Assembly (NCBI RefSeq): GCF_039654945.1
Contig: NW_027361912.1
Location: forward strand, 6,262,001-6,326,000
Origin: Dendrobates tinctorius
Lineage: Eukaryota
Direction of reading: 5' to 3'
Length of the DNA stretch: 64,000 nt
Part shown: piece after piece, positions 1 through 11,769 of the stretch
Position numbering within the stretch: position 1 is the first letter of the stretch
Layout: the number at the start of each line of letters is the position of its first letter
The notes under the pieces: model-generated
Seen by the model: the letters and a program-made list of their open reading frames with translations, nothing else
The model's database searches: none
Told to the model about the DNA's origin: nothing
Made by a program: the position numbers and the translations under genes

Positions 1-784
1 TATTTTTATTAGTGGGAGACTATTGATGGCATTTTTTAGCCATTTCTCAATCATTTTTGAGCTATGGCTTTTAATTGAGTAAAAGATGCTTCTCCGTATC
101 TTGTGTATAAGATTTAGGCATGATGTGAACTGAGTTATCCCACTGGGCTGCCTTGAAGCTGTCTCTATTTTTTTGTGGGACTTTAACATGCCACCCCATG
201 CCATGTGTGTTCTAAATTGTTTTTAACCTCTTTTCTTGGGACACAGGGTCCTCTATAGAGCAGGCTTGATCTCTGTCTAGAACTAGGGGTTCCCTTATAT
301 CGGGTAGAAGGGACCACTAGTGGCTGTAGGGTTTGTCAGGGCCCCCAGGGATAGCCATCGTGAGCGGGGGCGCCACAACGTTCCCCCCTTAGGGTGCCAA
401 CCTCCGCAGCCAGGCAGGGTACAGCTCAGTGAACAATTAGGGATTCACAGGGGTTACCCTAGTGTGGGCTATTTTTGAACACTTCTTTGTTTTTTCATTT
501 TCTGTCACATTTTTTCTGGTGTGTACCACATTTGTGGTTTTTAAACAATAAAGTATCGGTTTAGGGATTTAATATATGAGTTTTATTACGTAAGGTTGCC
601 CCTCGGCAAAAATACAATGGCGTTAGTCTAAATATTAGTGATGAAAGATCTTTCAGAGATTATTGCAACATCCGATTTGCCCATAGCCAATATGAAAATA
701 AAAGTTAAATCTGTCCTGTCACCATTTTTCGAATCGTGAAGCTTATGATAAACCAGCTTAAAAAAAATGTCTCTCAACACTTAC

Positions 785-939
785 CATATGGAAATGACCG
801 CTGCCACTGAAGTTGTGTTCATGCTGCATCATATCAAAGAAAATGGGGATTGTTGCCTTCCGTAGATCTGGCTCTGGAGTGAGGGTCACCTCCAGGATTG
901 GTCCCACCATGGAAGGAATAAATTTAATCTTGTGAGGTC
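785..939 (-). CDS. dock5: DOCK5 exon ~33 ([38 protein letters not shown]...HFHM)
   Basis: tag|GA CCT CAC AAG...CAT ATG|gtaag; 155 nt. Confidence 0.95.
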
Positions 940-1243
940 CTAAATGAGAAATTCATGGGGAATATATCCATAATATGGGACATATTAACCCTGCGCAATT
1001 ATCCAAAATCGGTCCTGTAATTTCAGAAGTGACTTGTCAGGCGAGGGTACATGAAGAATAGCACTATTTCTACCCATTCTGACTTGTGTCCTGCATTTTG
1101 CACCAGTTGTCGCTGAGCTAGCAGGTGGAGATTAGCTGCTATGGGGACTTCTACACAGTACACAGACACATGGGGGATTCCTGATGTCCTGTCTCTATGT
1201 AGAACTTGTTCAGAAGAAGCACCATTAGCATGGACAACATTAT

Positions 1244-1640
1244 ACAGAACTGAGCAGTGTAGCTGTGACTACAGCAGAACTGAGCATTGTAGCTGTGTCT
1301 ACAGCAGTACTGAGAAGTGTAGCTGTGTCTACAGCAGTACTGAGCAGTGTAGCTGTGACTACAGCAGTACTGAGCAGTGTAGCTGTGACTACAGCAGTAC
1401 TGAGCAGTGTAGCTGTGACTACAGCAGTACTGAGCAGTGTAGCGGTGATTAAAGCAGTACTGAACAGTGTAGCTGTGACTACAGCAGTACTGAGCAGTGT
1501 AGCTATGACTTCAGCAGTACTGAATAGTGTAGCTGTAACTACAACAGTACTGAACAGTGTAGCTGTGACTACAGCAGTACTGAGCAGTGTAGCAGTGAAT
1601 CCAGAAATACTGAGCAATGTAGCAGTGAATCCAGCACTAA
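1244..1640. repeat. 30-bp minisatellite (AGCTGTGACTACAGCAGTACTGAGCAGTGT)
   Basis: About 13 tandem copies visible. Confidence 0.95.
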
Positions 1641-1996
1641 GACGCAGCCCCATGTGTAAGTATCTGTGCCTCTTTCTCTCACTCTGCCCCTTCCTCCTCC
1701 TGCCTAGACTTAAACAGTTATCTATAATCTGATCCCTCAGTGAGCTAGTGAGCTGGTGGAGGGCGAGGGTGAAAAATGGCTCTTAAGTGGAGAAAGAACA
1801 TATTTTTCTTGTAAAATATATTCCATGGTTTCTTATTTTTGCCTGTTCTATTTATTTTGCAAAGATATGGTAAAGAAGGTCGTAGTCATCTGTACGAGCA
1901 TCATGAGAAAATCGACCAGGCTCACAATGGCTACTAGGTCGCCTTGTCCTTACACCTACACATAGGAAGAAGCATAGTAATATGTTTGCCTCTCAC

Positions 1997-2055
1997 CTAA
2001 ATTATACCACATATCCCGAATCTTCAGACCAATCTCTTTCCTCATGTCCCCGTAT
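1997..2055 (-). CDS. dock5: DOCK5 exon ~32 (YGDMRKEIGLKIRDMWYNL)
   Basis: AG/GT boundaries, 59 nt. Confidence 0.95.
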
Positions 2056-2552
2056 CTGCAGGAAACATTACATAACACCAATTACCTACAGATATTCAGC
2101 CTGCAGACAGAGATAGGATTAACAACCACAACAAGAGGAATCCTTCTATAAGAATACAGAAATTCACATAAATATCTAATTTCTAATATATATTTCATGG
2201 ACATAGTGATAGATTCAGACTGACTTCAGACACCACTAGGGGGAGCTCACTGCATTTTCTCATCTTCAGGAGCACAGCACTCTCCTACCTCCCGACTTCC
2301 TGTTTGTCAGGGAACGGTGCGCTCCTAATGATTGCCAGCAGCATGGTTGTGCCGCTAGCCCAGACTGTGCGCTCTGCCGTGCTGCAGAGACAGCACCAGA
2401 AGAGCAGCGGGTCACAGAAGCTGGCCATACTTAGAGCCGCTCTATATCAAAGAAGAGCACCGCTCCCCTCTGATGCCAAAATGAACGACACCGGATCCCT
2501 TATTTAAATAATCTTAAAAAAATAAAATAAACCAAGGTCATGTCGCTCTTAC

Positions 2553-2653
2553 TTGCACAGGATCTTGTGCCGCTTCTCCTGAGAGAACTTGTGCAGCTGC
2601 AGAGACTCGTGGGTTAACAGCGACACGGCCAAATGGAAGAAGTTATTCCAGAG
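2553..2653 (-). CDS. dock5: DOCK5 exon ~31 ([33 protein letters not shown])
   Basis: AG/GT boundaries, 101 nt. Confidence 0.95.
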
Positions 2654-4898
2654 CTGAGGAGAAAAAATCCAGAGATCAGAGATGGAGACCTGCGGTAACG
2701 GAACTGTCCACAGTCATCAAGTCTCAGGAAGCCTGGCGCAAATGACAGAGAAAGACTCCAGGCTCGGACTGGCCCACAGGGGAAGCGGAGAATCCTCCGG
2801 TAGGCCGCTCGGAAGCAGTGCTGATGAGCTGTGCTATTGCAATTGATTCACAATTGGCACAAAAAAGTATAATCCAATCATTCAATAAACTAGCTAGTCA
2901 AATTAATATTACTCCGAAGTGAAAGTACATTTATGTACTAGGGTCAGGATATTTTTGCTGAACAGTGGGCATGAAAAATCAATGTTACTGGGGGGCCTTT
3001 GTCCACTCAGTCCGGACACCCTATATCTCAATGGTTTTGTACTAAAACTGGTCTGACACATCATTTTTGGGTTTATTTTTACAGTCACTTTCCATTTTTG
3101 CCTTGTGATATTCGTTACAGTTTTTGGTGCCAAATTTTTTCAAAATTCTTCATGAAGTTTTACCAAAGTAGAAAAAAAAAATGGCGTCTTTTTCTTTGCT
3201 GAACTGATTTTGTGACTTTTTTCAGGACTAAAATTGCCCCCCCCCTCTAAAAAAGAAAAAAAAAAAAATGGGTGTAATCAAAAACACACCAGGCAGGGTG
3301 GGTAGGGTGGGAAATGGAGTGGAGACGCCCCAAATTTTGCAACATTTTTTTCTTTTTTAAAGTGACGCATAAAGAAACAGATGAACGGAGGAAAATATCT
3401 GGAAACACAACCCCACACAAAGTGGAAAAGAAAAGAAAACAAGCGAGCCTATAGAAAACAGACTGCAAAGAAGGAAGGGCGATAGGGATAACTGATTGGG
3501 TGTAAGGAGAAAGCGTAAAAAATATTGAATTCGATACAAGCAAAACAAAAAAAGAAAGGAAAAATATTCAATTGGGGTCAAGCAAAAAGAAAAAAAAAAA
3601 AAAAAGGAAAAGTGCAGAAAAATATTTAACGTGGTGGAAAGAAAAAAATAATATAAAGGTGCAAATCTAAATAAACATCATCAGGCAGCGATGGATCGGG
3701 GGCATCATCAGCTAAAAAATAAATGTTAATACCGAGTGAGATAAGCGGCTGCCGGGCCCAGCTGATGCCACTTATCTCTCTGCTAAAGAGATGAAGATTC
3801 TTAGTAGAATGGACGGTGACGATGGCTTTAGGAAATGTTTTTTTTTAGTTGCTGAAGACTTCAGATCCCTGCTTGCTACGATTCGTGTCTGCCATGTGAT
3901 GGACGCCCGGGTGCAGGTGTCAGGGCTGCCTGCTGTGTAATGCCGGACGGGGCACTAGAGCCACGCTGCACTGTACTTCATGCTCAGGATCGCTCTCCGT
4001 GGAGCCATTGGGAGAGCCAATATTGGAGGAAAAGAGCTGGAGCGGCTTTTCCTTTATTGCAGATTTTATTACTCTGGTGATGAGAAAGCATCAGCATAAA
4101 GGCCTCCCCCTAATGAAATTTCCCGAAATGAAATCTAATATTTATGGAGATGCCATTTCTCCAACGGAGGCATAAAAACGCTTTCAGGTTAATTGAAGAA
4201 CAGGCCATTACCATTTCATGGGCAGACGGCTCCATAGTCTGACTGCTCGTACTCTTAAAGGGCTTCTCCGCCCAGGACAATTTTCTCAAAAACCTTCCGG
4301 AATACTCCCCCTCCCCCAATACTCCTCTTCCACTGCAGTTCAGATCCCCTACTTGTCTTGGCGTTTCTACACGAGGGTGGAAATGGGACTAACCCGTCAC
4401 TACTGCGGGCAGTGATTGGTAGCAGTGGTCAAGTGTCTTTCTGGATGGAGCTGTTCTGCCCAAAGAGATGCATGACCACTGCAGCCAATCAGTGTTTCAG
4501 AGAAAGGTCGTCAGGGGAGTATGGGTCCATGAGATGGATCCCTGCCGGTATCTCTCTGCCCTGCGCCTTCCCTGCCGGTATCTCTCTGCCCTGCGCCTCT
4601 AGATTGGCAGGTCTCTCTCCATACACACACATAGGAAGAGACCTGTCAGTCTACGGGGGCGGGGAGAAGGCGCCAAGAACCAGCCTCTTGGACTAGTCAT
4701 CTGAGTCCTATAGTCCTCACCGGCCTTTCACGGTATGTGTTCTCTAAAATGCCGCAGCGCCATGAAGTAAAACGTACACGGCTTTAATAACGCGGCTGGA
4801 CTTCGATACGTGCTGCCGTGGTTGGGCCGTGGTTCAGGCAGCAGGAATCAGATCACCGCTCCCTTTACGCTCCGTACACGCACAGACGACGTTCTCAC

Positions 4899-4977
4899 CT
4901 GTAGCTCAAAGTTGGTCTGATCCAGGAAGAACTTGTTCAGAACAACCGAAAACCTGTTCATGGCCCGAAGAAACACC
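4899..4977 (-). CDS. dock5: DOCK5 exon ~30 (VFLRAMNRFSVVLNKFFLDQTNFELQ)
   Basis: AG/GT boundaries, 79 nt. Confidence 0.95.
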
Positions 4978-6054
4978 CTGCAAGTGAGACACCCAGAAAA
5001 TAGTCACAATGATCACTTCCTTCCTCTGAAATTCCATTAATCTGACATCTCCTAATCCAGATCTCATTACAGCAATGTCATACGGGCTTTCACAAAACGA
5101 AGACCGGCACAGAGATAGTATGTTAATGGAAGTAACACTCATATTCATTTCTATGAAATCGATTAAAGGGGTTGTCCGGACTTTTCACATAATCTCAGTA
5201 CATATCTGGGATGCAGAATTATGACAATAAGTAATTTACTCTCTGTCACTAGTTTGCACGGTTTTCTAGAAATTCTGAACAGAACATCCAAGGGGGGGGG
5301 GGGGGGGTTTGGCATTGAAATGAGAACTAGTCATAACCTCCTACTCTACTCCAAACATGCCCTTTATAGCAACAACCCCACCCTCCATAGCTACAGGCCC
5401 TCCCCGTCCACATGAAGAAGCCCTCATCACACAGTAACGAATTCTTCCCCTCCAGCAGCCTCAGTGCAGAGAGCGGCTCCTCCCCCAGACACACGCTGAT
5501 CAGTGATCTATGGAAAGTGAAACTAGTGAGGAGGAGGGAAAATCATCCTGTATTCTGGGCCACTCCATGATTACAATACATAACTCATTATCAGTAATTC
5601 CTTCCCTCACTGTCCCAGGCTGCTGGCAGCAGTGAGAACAGACTGTGTGACGGCCAGTGATGGGGGTCTGCAGCTTCTAATCTGCACAGGGGATGGCAGT
5701 CACTGATGTAATCTGTTGTGTGACAAAGCCTCTCTGTGTGAATGAGACAGCTCTGTGTCACTGATGTTTTCACACAGCAGCAGATTTGGTACATTCATTG
5801 CAAGCTTTAAAGACAGACAGTACATCATTGCCTGATTGGTAGGGTATAAACTTATAATTAATAATTATTTCAGAATTTGCATCTCATAGAACTACTTCTA
5901 CAGCTGATGTCTGCAGGGAGAAAGTAAAGTGCAGCAGTGATTTAAATAAAACTATTAATCATTTTCATAGAAAGCTTTAAAGACAGACAGTACAGTGGGG
6001 AAAAAAAGTATTTAGTCAGTCAGCAATAGTGCAAGTTCCACCACTTAAAAAGAT

Positions 6055-6980
6055 TGTTCAACATCTTTATCAACGATTTAGATGAAGGAATTGAGGGTAA
6101 ACTGATTAAATTTGCTGATGACACAAAGCCAGGAGGGATAGCTAATACTAGAGAAGAGAGAGAGAGGATTCAAAAAGATTTAAATAAACTGGAGAAGTGG
6201 GCAGCAACTAACAGAATGGTTTTTAACAGGGAGAAATGCAAAGTACTACATCTGGGCAATAAAAATGAAAAAGCATATATAGAATGGGAGGAATAGGGCT
6301 AAGTGACAGCACATGTGAAAAAAACTTGGGTATACTAATAGATCACAGACTGAATATGAGTCAACAGTGTGATGCAGCAGCAAAAAAGGCAAATGCAATT
6401 CTAGGATGTATTAACAGAAGCATACAGTCTAGATCACGTGAAGTAATTATTTCCCTCTACTCCTCTTTGGTCAGACCTCATCTGGAATATTGTGTCCAAT
6501 TTTGGGCACCACATTTTAAAAAAGACATCAACAAACTGGAGCAAGTTCAGAAAAGAGCAACCAGAATGGTGACCGGTCTGCAAACCCTGTCTTATGAGGA
6601 AAGGTTGCAGGATTTGGGAATGTTTAGTTTGCAAAAGAGAAGACTGAGAGGAGACTTAATAGCTGTCTACAAATATCTAAAGGGCTGTCACATTGTAGAA
6701 GGATCAACTTTATTCTCATTTGCACAAGGAAAGACTAGAAGCAATGGGATGAAGCTGAATGGGAGGAGACACAGATCAGATATTAGAAAAAACTTTTTGA
6801 CAGTTAGAGTGATCAATGAGTGGAACAGGCTGCCACGAGAAGTGGTGAGTTCTCCTTCAATGGAAGTCTTCAAACAGAGGCTGGACAGACATCTAACTGG
6901 GATGATTTAGCGAATCCTGCTTTGAGCAGGGGGTTGGACCAGATGGCCCAGGAGGTCCCTTCCAACTCTACGATTCTATG
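6055..6980 (+). mobile_element. 5'-truncated CR1 LINE (RT C-terminal part, 3' UTR)
   Basis: FNIFINDLD, KFADDTK, LVRPHLEYCVQFW, RRLRGDLI motifs; frameshift near 6270-6285; ends in the ATTCTATG tail. Confidence 0.93.
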
Positions 6981-7284
6981 AGAGGCGTCTGTAATTTACA
7001 TCATAGGTAGACCTCAACTATGGGAGACAAACTGAGAAAAAAAAATCCAGAAAATCACATTGTCTGTTTTTTTTTCATTTTATTTGCATATTATGGTGGA
7101 AAATAAGTATTTGGTCAGAAACAAACAATCAAGATTTCTGGCTCTCACAGACCTGTAACTTCTTCTTTAAGAGTCTCCTCTTTCCTCCACTCATTACCTG
7201 TAGTAATGGCACCTGTTTAAACTTGTTATCAGTATAAAAAGACACCTGTGCACACCCTCAAACAGTCTGACTCCAAACTCCACT

Positions 7285-8307
7285 ATGGTGAAGACCAAAG
7301 AGCTGTCAAAGGACACCAGAAACAAAATTGTAGCCCTGCACCAGGCTGGGAAGACTGAATCTGCAATAGCCAACCAGCTTGGAGTGAAGAAATCAACTGT
7401 GGGAGCAATAATTAGAAAATGGAAGACATACAAGACCACTGATAATCTCCCTCGATCTGGTGCTCCACGCAAAATCCCACCCCGTGGGGTCAGAATGATC
7501 ACAAGAACGGTGAGCAAAAATCCCAGAACTACGCGGGGGGACCTAGTGAATGAACTGCAGAGAGCTGGGACCAATGTAACAAGGCCTACCATAAGTAACA
7601 CACTACGCCACCATGGACTCAGATCCTGCAGTGCCAGACGTGTCCCACTGCTTAAGCCTGTACATGTCCGGGCCCGTCTGAAGTTTGCTAGAGAGCATTT
7701 GGATGATCCAGAGGAGTTTTGGGAGAATGTCCTATGGTCTGATGAAACCAAACTGGAACTGTTTGGTAGAAACACAACTTGTCGTGTTTGGAGGAAAAAG
7801 AATACTGAGTTGCATCCATCAAACACCATACCTACTGTAAAGCATGGTGGTGGAAACATCATGCTTTGGGGCTGTTTCTCTGCAAAGGGGCCAGGACGAC
7901 TGATCCGGGTACATGAAAGAATGAATGGGGCCATGTATCGTGAGATTTTGAGTGCAAACCTCCTTCCATCAGCAAGGGCATTGAAGATGAAACGTGGCTG
8001 GGTCTTTCAACATGACAATGATCCAAAGCACACCGCCAGGGCAACGAAGGAGTGGCTTCGTAAGAAGCATTTCAAGGTCCTGGAGTGGCCTAGCCAGTCT
8101 CCAGATCTCAACCCTATAGAAAACCTTTGGAGGGAGTTGAAAGTCCGTGTTGCCAAGCGAAAAGCCAAAAACATCACTGCTCTAGAGGAGATCTGCATGG
8201 AGGAATGGGCCAACATACCAACAACAGTGTGTGGCAACCTTGTGAAGACTTACAGAAAACGTTTGACCTCTGTCATTGCCAACAAAGGATATATCACAAA
8301 GTATTGA
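7285..8307 (+). CDS. Intact Tc1 transposase, 340 aa
   Basis: N-terminal paired-like HTH region, GAPRK linker, [23 protein letters not shown] (34 residues between the second D and E), C-terminal TKY. Confidence 0.95.
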   Translation: MVKTKELSKDTRNKIVALHQAGKTESAIANQLGVKKSTVGAIIRKWKTYKTTDNLPRSGAPRKIPPRGVRMITRTVSKNPRTTRGDLVNELQRAGTNVTRPTISNTLRHHGLRSCSARRVPLLKPVHVRARLKFAREHLDDPEEFWENVLWSDETKLELFGRNTTCRVWRKKNTELHPSNTIPTVKHGGGNIMLWGCFSAKGPGRLIRVHERMNGAMYREILSANLLPSARALKMKRGWVFQHDNDPKHTARATKEWLRKKHFKVLEWPSQSPDLNPIENLWRELKVRVAKRKAKNITALEEICMEEWANIPTTVCGNLVKTYRKRLTSVIANKGYITKY

Positions 8308-9278
8308 GATGAAATTTTGTTTCTGACCAAATACTTATTTTCCACCATAATATGCAAATAAAATGAAAAAAAAACAGACAATGTGATTTTCTGGATTTTT
8401 TTTTCTCAGTTTGTCTCCCATAGTTGAGGTCTACCTATGATGTAAATTACAGACGCCTCTCATCTTTTTAAGTGGTGGAACTTGCACTATTGCTGACTGA
8501 CTAAATACTTTTTTTCCCCACTGTATATCATTGCCTGATTGGCAGGATATAAAATCATTATTAATAATTATTTCAGAATTTGTATCTTACATAACTACTT
8601 TTGCAGTTGATGTCTGCAGGGAGAAAGTAAAGTGCAGCAGTGATGAAAGTCTATCGCACGTTAAACTTGCTACACACCCCCTTTTCTCTTAATGTTAGCA
8701 TGGTCTAATCCTCTAAAGCTGCTATTTGAGCCAGTGCCAATACTGCAGTAATCACAGTACATTCATAGCAAGCTTGCTCCCTCTAAAGATAACACAATCA
8801 GTTCTGCCTGACTGGTATGACATAAAATTAATAATAATTTTTCTAATTGGCATCTTATATAACTATTTTTGCAGCTGATACCTGCAGGGAGAAAGTAAAG
8901 TGCAGTAGTGACTAAAGTCTACCACACATTAAACATGCTACACCCCTTATCCCCTGAATTCCTCTTAATGTTAGCATGGTCTAAGCCGCTAGTTGAGCTG
9001 GTGCCAAGGCTGCAGTAATCACAGGACATTCATAGCAAGCTTGCTTCCTCTGAAGACAAACCGACAGTAGATCATTGCCTGATTATTAGAATATAAAATA
9101 ATATTAATAATTTGCATCTTGTATAACTGCATGTCTGCAGGGAGAAAGTAAATGGCTACAGAAACTCAAATCTCCTCCTATTTTTCTCTATAATGAAATT
9201 AATTAATTGTGCAGTAAATGAGGATAATAAATTGCACCCAGCCAAGAGAATGAGTGATCAGGCAGGAAGGACACCTAC

Positions 9279-9373
9279 TTGTTCTGAGTCATTGTCATCA
9301 GCATCCAATCCCTCGGGAACACTCGTTTTCCAATTAGGTCCTTAAACAGGATAAATGTTTCCATCAGGAAATC
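9279..9373 (-). CDS. dock5: DOCK5 exon ~29 ([31 protein letters not shown])
   Basis: AG/GT boundaries, 95 nt. Confidence 0.95.
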
Positions 9374-9446
9374 CTACAGCAAACGGGAGGAAAATGTTGA
9401 AAAAATGGATGACAGAAATTCAGAACAGGCAATGAGGGGAACTTAC

Positions 9447-9545
9447 AATGATGTCTTGACGAGTCCTGAAGGTGCTGATATAGTGATCATAGTGGTAATC
9501 TTCCATCTGTCTGAGAATGGCTGTCATACAAGCGACAAAGCGACC
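9447..9545 (-). CDS. dock5: DOCK5 exon ~28 (GRFVACMTAILRQMEDYHYDHYISTFRTRQDII)
   Basis: AG/GT boundaries, 99 nt. Confidence 0.95.
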
Positions 9546-9662
9546 CTAAGACAAAAAAAAACCAAAAACAAGTTCTCGAGGGTGTATCTATGTTACGACA
9601 TCTACTCCCTAGTGCGCCACCAATATAGGTTAATGTGGCCCAAGGTCTCATCGCAGACTCAC

Positions 9663-9758
9663 TACATGTGGTGCCTGGCGACTCATCCCTATAACTGTCC
9701 GGTTTACTCTTCGTAGAAGACGCTCCATGATGAGCTGGATGTGCTGTGTAGAGTCGCT
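9663..9758 (-). CDS. dock5: DOCK5 exon ~27 (SDSTQHIQLIMERLLRRVNRTVIGMSRQAPHV)
   Basis: AG/GT boundaries, 96 nt. Confidence 0.93.
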
Positions 9759-10242
9759 CTGTACAAACAGAAGATAACAGTAATCATCGACAAGAAATCA
9801 CGCGTGAAACTACAACAAGACAAAACTCAGCCCTAATCTATACAGTTAGACTGTACCACCACCAGAAGGAGCTGATCAATGTAGAAAAAGTATTCATTAA
9901 GCTCCTTAGCTCCCTCTAATGGTGGCCGGATTACATCTGGTTTTATCACACATGCCCAAGATAAGTTTTTTCTTTCCTGCCTTAATATAAGCCAGGCAGG
10001 TGAGGACCAAAATGGAAATTTAGGCCACTCCTAAAAATAAAACACTTCCACTCCTGATTTAAGAAATGTTTAAATGTGCTGTCCAGGACTATAACAAGCA
10101 GCCATAGGTTGTCTTGCATCACAGGCCCATTTACATCAATGGTGCTAATACCAGACACGACCCGTAGGGAGGTTATTGTGCTGTTTTCGGATGAGTGTAG
10201 CCATGTTTTTCGCATTTCCGTCAGCATTACTGTCTCACTCAC

Positions 10243-10379
10243 CGCTTCTTTGTTCTGTAATGCCTCCAAAATATTACTGAGGAGCTGTCCACTGGCCTCA
10301 TAATCAGGCTTGGTGTAATTGTCATCTAACTGTCCACTCAGCTGGTCAATAAAAAGAGGTAAAAGGGCATCTCTGCACT
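10243..10379 (-). CDS. dock5: DOCK5 exon ~26 (CRDALLPLFIDQLSGQLDDN...QLLSNILEALQNKEA)
   Basis: AG/GT boundaries, 137 nt; DQLSGQLDDN is DOCK5-like. Confidence 0.95.
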
Positions 10380-10584
10380 CTGCAAAGAAAACGAGACTAG
10401 CATTAAATAACATGTCAGTGTACGGGATGTGTTATAGCTGAGCAGTTATCAGATTATGCCGGCCTACGTAAGGGAAGCGTATGTGAGGTCAGGTCTGTTC
10501 TACTGTTAGCCAAAAGGGCATATACATGTTGTGCAGGCTGGCTAACAGAAGTAATCAGATAATACATAGTTTTTCAGTCTGGTT

Positions 10585-10968
10585 TATTCATGAGCATACA
10601 GCTCCCCCTGCCTCACCCCATCATTCTCACTGCCATGAGGGTTGAGGAGAGGCAGGGGGAGCTGTATGCTCATGAATACAATGGAGTCAGAAAACCAAAT
10701 ATATTGTTTCTGAATCCAGTGTATTCGTGAGCATACAGCTCCCCCTGCCTCTCCCCATCCTTCTCTCTGCCATGAGGGTTGAGGAGAGGCAGGGGGAGCT
10801 GTATGCTCGTGAATACAATGGAGTCAGAAAACCAAATATATTGTTTCTGACTCCGGGGTATTCGTGAGCATAGATCTCCCTCTGCCTCTCCTCAACCCTC
10901 ATGGCAGAGAGAAGGATGGGGAGAGGCAGGGGGAGCTGTATGCTCACGAATACACTGGATTCAGAAAC
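10585..10968. repeat. Three ~135-bp self-palindromic units, the third inverted
   Basis: GAGCATACAGCTCCCCCTGCCTC...GAGGCAGGGGGAGCTGTATGCTC x3. Confidence 0.85.
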
Positions 10969-11662
10969 TATGTAATAGCTAATAACTCATAACCAGTCAG
11001 CAAAAAAGATTTTTTTGTGCAATTTTGGCTAATACGGAAATAAATCAGTGCTATAATATAGTTTTAAGATGGTTTACCTTAAAGGAAGTCTGTCAGCTGT
11101 TTTTTTGCTATGAAATCTGACAGCAGTATGTTGTAGGGACAAAGACCCTTATCCCAGTGATGTGTCACTTACTGTGCTACTTGCTGCAGATTTGATAATC
11201 CCTGTTTACCCTGTTGTGGATCTCGGAATGCTGAGCTATATATAACCCTGTCCACACCCCTGATTGGCAGCTTCCTGTGTACATTGTCAGCAAGCTACCA
11301 ATCAGTGGTGAGGGTGGGGTTACACACAGTAGCTGGACTGCATGGCACTTGACACCTAGTCCTATAGTGATAATCTCCTTCTGATAAGGGTTTCATCTGT
11401 CTTCTCTCAATTAATTTCTATGGAGAGAAGATGAACGAATCTAGTCGGCCTGTGACCACGAGTATGAAAATCAGATACATGCGGTCACCTGACCTCCAGC
11501 TTGTACCGGGTATATTGGAGATACATGAAAGCGTGCTCATTGCACGCTGTCACGATTCGGCAGTCTGCAGTCATATGTAGTGACTCCGGTCTTTTGTTTC
11601 CAGCCTGAACAAACCCTTATATTATTATAATATGGGTAAATATTTTACTGCACAGTACTCAC

Positions 11663-11769
11663 CTGGCTGCAGGAAGAGGTCACTCTCCACCACTTTGCAC
11701 ATACAGGTGAGTGTCTGATGGACAAGCTGGTCTGGAGGAACGCTCTGCAGGAACTTTGCGAAGAGGTCG
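11663..11769 (-). CDS. dock5: DOCK5 exon ~25 (DLFAKFLQSVPPDQLVHQTLTCMCKVVESDLFLQP)
   Basis: AG/GT boundaries, 107 nt. Confidence 0.93.

Larger units (their letters stand above)
5993..8523 (+). mobile_element. Full-length Tc1 (DD34E, IR/DR-type) transposon with a CR1 inserted in its left TIR
   Basis: TA|CAGTGGGG...CCCCACTG|TA; right TIR 8316-8523 is the reverse complement of 5993-6054 plus 6980-7125; contains an intact transposase ORF. Confidence 0.95.
5795..9150. repeat. Degenerate tandem repeat (about 4 units with CTGCAGGGAGAAAGTAAA), interrupted by the Tc1 at 5993-8523
   Basis: The motif recurs at ~5911, 8614, 8882 and 9135. Confidence 0.75.

Noticed and set aside
1-580. Possible Penelope/LTR 3' end with AATAAA near 547
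   Set aside because: Truncated by the window edge, with no diagnostic motif or boundary.
1141-1732. Repetitive ORFs here and at 13927-14720, 48377-48904, 49814-50324, 56083-56803, 57745-58425 and 62895-63816
   Set aside because: They are translations of stop-free minisatellites, open in several frames and often on both strands, with no protein-family motifs.
7194-7934. 246-aa antisense ORF over the Tc1 transposase
   Set aside because: Shadow ORF of the transposase with no recognisable domain or independent support.
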